From NCBI GenBank assembly GCA_021852265.1, contig JAJZNV010000006.1:1-51270 (forward strand): 51,270 nucleotides of DNA, read 5' to 3'. This document shows, one piece after another, positions 49,514 to 51,270 of the stretch. Numbering within the stretch: the first letter of the stretch is position 1; each line of letters starts with the position of its first letter. The DNA is from Nanobdellota archaeon (GTDB lineage: Archaea; Nanobdellota; Nanobdellia; Parvarchaeales; Parvarchaeaceae). The notes beneath the pieces were generated by a model, which made no database searches, was not told the DNA's origin, and saw only the letters and a list, made by a program, of their open reading frames with translations. The position numbers were made by a program, and so were the translations under genes.

Positions 49514-49936
49514 ATGGCAAAAGAATATAAAAATCCTTCCGTTGCTGCAGACGGAATAATAATAAAAGACAAGAAGATTCTGTTAGTAAGGAGGGGACAC
49601 GACCCCTATGCAGGCAGCTGGGCATTACCAGGCGGTTTTGTCAACTACGGAGAAAGAACGGAGGATGCCGTCGTAAGAGAAGTCAGGGAAGAAACCACGC
49701 TTGAAACTGTGGTTGATGATCTGGTCGGCGTTTATTCAGATCCCCACAGAGACCCCAGAGGACATGTCATATCCATAACTTATCTATTAAAGAACCCAAT
49801 TGGAGAACCACACGGCTCCGATGATGCCAAGGAAGCGCGATGGTGGGATATAGACTCGCTGCCGTCACTTGCATTCGACCACGCTAAAATAATAGCAGAG
49901 GGCCTTCGGCTGTATAAGCAAAAAAAATTAGCGTAA
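49514..49936 (+). CDS. Nudix hydrolase (ADP-ribose pyrophosphatase/MutT-like)
   Basis: GGFVNYGERTEDAVVREVREET Nudix box, RDPR, LAFDH. Confidence 0.93.
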   Translation: MAKEYKNPSVAADGIIIKDKKILLVRRGHDPYAGSWALPGGFVNYGERTEDAVVREVREETTLETVVDDLVGVYSDPHRDPRGHVISITYLLKNPIGEPHGSDDAKEARWWDIDSLPSLAFDHAKIIAEGLRLYKQKKLA

Positions 49937-49940
49937 TGGT

Positions 49941-50258
49941 ATGCTCCTAGCCAGATTTAAGGTGGCTGAGAGAAGCATGGAACCTTCCCTTAGTGCAGGG
50001 GATTTTGTCATAGTCAGCGGCCTGCCATATCTCTTTAAGGAGCCCAAAAAAGGCGATATCATTGTTGCACTCGTAGACGACAGGTACCTAATTAAACGAA
50101 TAAAAAAGACCGTTGGTGGCCGTTATTTTATTATGGGTGACAACAAAAAATACAGTGTTGACAGCAGAAGTTTCGGACCGGTATCACGCAAACAGCTCGT
50201 CGGAAAGGTCATAAAATGTATAAAAAAGGCACAGAAGGTAGTTCGAGAGAGAAGATAA
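49941..50258 (+). CDS. sodX: S26-family peptidase, NiSOD maturation protease
   Basis: SMEPSL (Ser), IKR (Lys), GDN...S.DSR.FG; no TM anchor; adjacent to sodN. Confidence 0.85.
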   Translation: MLLARFKVAERSMEPSLSAGDFVIVSGLPYLFKEPKKGDIIVALVDDRYLIKRIKKTVGGRYFIMGDNKKYSVDSRSFGPVSRKQLVGKVIKCIKKAQKVVRERR

Positions 50259-50291
50259 TGCTCGGAATACAATTTCGGCCATTAGCCGTTC

Positions 50292-50387
50292 TTAACTATG
50301 GGCTGCTAACCAATTGTTTCTCAAAACGAAGGCTAGCAACACGACCAGATAAGCTATTACCGCTCCCGCGATAATTGTTGTGTCCAT
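50292..50387 (-). CDS. Unannotated 31-aa single-TM microprotein
   Basis: MDTTIIAGAVIAYLVVLLAFVLRNNWLAAHS*; GGAGGAGG (50391-50398) upstream and a TTTATATT box further upstream. Confidence 0.55.
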   Translation of the reverse strand: MDTTIIAGAVIAYLVVLLAFVLRNNWLAAHS

Positions 50388-50607
50388 ATTCCTCCTCCAT
50401 CATAGTATTATATAGGACGAACTTGAATATAAATTTTTCTAAAGCGGTTATATCTGTATTGAGGGGCTTTCTACAGGCTTTACGTCGCCATAAATGGAAA
50501 TTCAATAAAATAGCATTTTGATATTAGTAGTGTTCTTTTCTCTATAAAATTCCCATTATGGTTAGTATGAGAGGATAAAATCATTTTTGGTTCTAAAATC
50601 CCACCAA

Positions 50608-51126
50608 TTAAGCTTTTGGCACCACTGTATCATGTTCTGTTGGGTATGGTGCTTTAACGTGCGAAGTCTCTATTCCTTTCGTTTTCCAGAATATTTCCGC
50701 AAATTTATTGACGTTCTCTAAGAGTTCTTCTGCAGATTTAATATCTGTATCCTGTTTGGACTTTGATCCCGCCTTCATTATTTTCCAGACAATATCATGC
50801 AGCTCCGGAAACTTCTGTAAATGATCTGGCTTAAAATAGTCGCCCCAAATTATCCTGATCTCATGTTTGCACAGTTCGGCGTGCTTTTCCTTTACATCCG
50901 TATATCTTGCCATCTTATGGTGATAATCATTTTTATCTTCTGGTTTCATACTTTCTGAAGGGACCTTCAACTGGCTTATAAGCATATCCATACGAATCAC
51001 GGTATGAGCCGACAACTGCGCAAGATGTGGATCGTATATGCCGCAAGGTATATCACAATGAGCATAAACTATCTTTGCAGGAAATATTTTATCCAAAATT
51101 TGGAAAACTGACTTTAAAACTAACAT
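50608..51126 (-). CDS. sodN: Nickel superoxide dismutase precursor
   Basis: 22-aa leader then Ni-hook HCDIPCGIYDP; KEKHAE, IWGDYFK, FAEIFWKTK. Confidence 0.95.
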   Translation of the reverse strand: MLVLKSVFQILDKIFPAKIVYAHCDIPCGIYDPHLAQLSAHTVIRMDMLISQLKVPSESMKPEDKNDYHHKMARYTDVKEKHAELCKHEIRIIWGDYFKPDHLQKFPELHDIVWKIMKAGSKSKQDTDIKSAEELLENVNKFAEIFWKTKGIETSHVKAPYPTEHDTVVPKA

Positions 51127-51146
51127 AATTTCAATAGAAGCTTTAG

Positions 51147-51154
51147 ATTTATAA
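51147..51154 (-). promoter_or_regulatory. Archaeal TATA box of sodN (leaderless transcript)
   Basis: TTTATAAA preceded by A-rich BRE-like CGCAAAA, ending ~21 nt before ATG 51126. Confidence 0.55.
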
Positions 51155-51171
51155 ATTTTGCGCTTTTTGCA

Positions 51172-51270
51172 TCAATGTGCAATGCCATCAGGTGCCTTGA
51201 ATTTTGCGGTATTAATCTTGCCATAAACCTGCTTATGAGAACAGACTTTCAGCAGATATATCTCTGAACT
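51172..51270 (-). CDS. Partial gene at window edge (C-terminus), possibly RelE/YafQ-like
   Basis: Open frame ...SEIYLLKVCSHKQVYGKINTAKFKAPDGIAH*; IYLLKVCSH..VY resembles the RelE/YafQ C-terminal motif. Confidence 0.3.
   Translation of the reverse strand, partial: SSEIYLLKVCSHKQVYGKINTAKFKAPDGIAH

Noticed and set aside
50296-50505. 69-aa minus-strand ORF from the track
   Set aside because: Runs through a TATA box and has no recognisable features; the overlapping SD-led 31-aa TM frame is more plausible
1-51270. tRNA/rRNA genes, CRISPR arrays, transposases, integrases
   Set aside because: Intergenic gaps inspected by eye showed no cloverleaf/T-loop, no regularly spaced repeats and no mobile-element ORFs; a covariance-model scan is needed to exclude split or atypical RNAs

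Overview
Gene-dense archaeal chromosomal segment. Evidence: archaeal-type TyrRS, pyruvoyl arginine decarboxylase, and TATA-like boxes ~20-25 nt upstream of apparently leaderless start codons. The gene mix and orphan membrane/secreted proteins resemble acidophilic DPANN archaea (Parvarchaeota/Micrarchaeota-like); this is an inference, not a determination. Contents: an alpha-glucan uptake locus (GH13 + MalEFGK-type ABC), a compact fatty-acid beta-oxidation cluster with two lipid-carrier proteins, a GH15 trehalase/glucoamylase, a HerA-like ATPase-wHTH fusion, a P1B-5 (PCP/QExxD) metal ATPase, a tandem classical C2H2 zinc-finger protein, thyX, a SerK-like ParB protein, an M1 aminopeptidase, an arginine locus (SWIM-pdaD facing argS-arcA), a DEAD-box helicase, tyrS and nth. 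At the right end lies a nickel superoxide dismutase (sodN) facing its maturation peptidase (sodX), with an unannotated 31-aa membrane microprotein between them. I found no tRNA, rRNA, CRISPR array or transposase by eye. All calls rest on motif recognition; no database searches were run.
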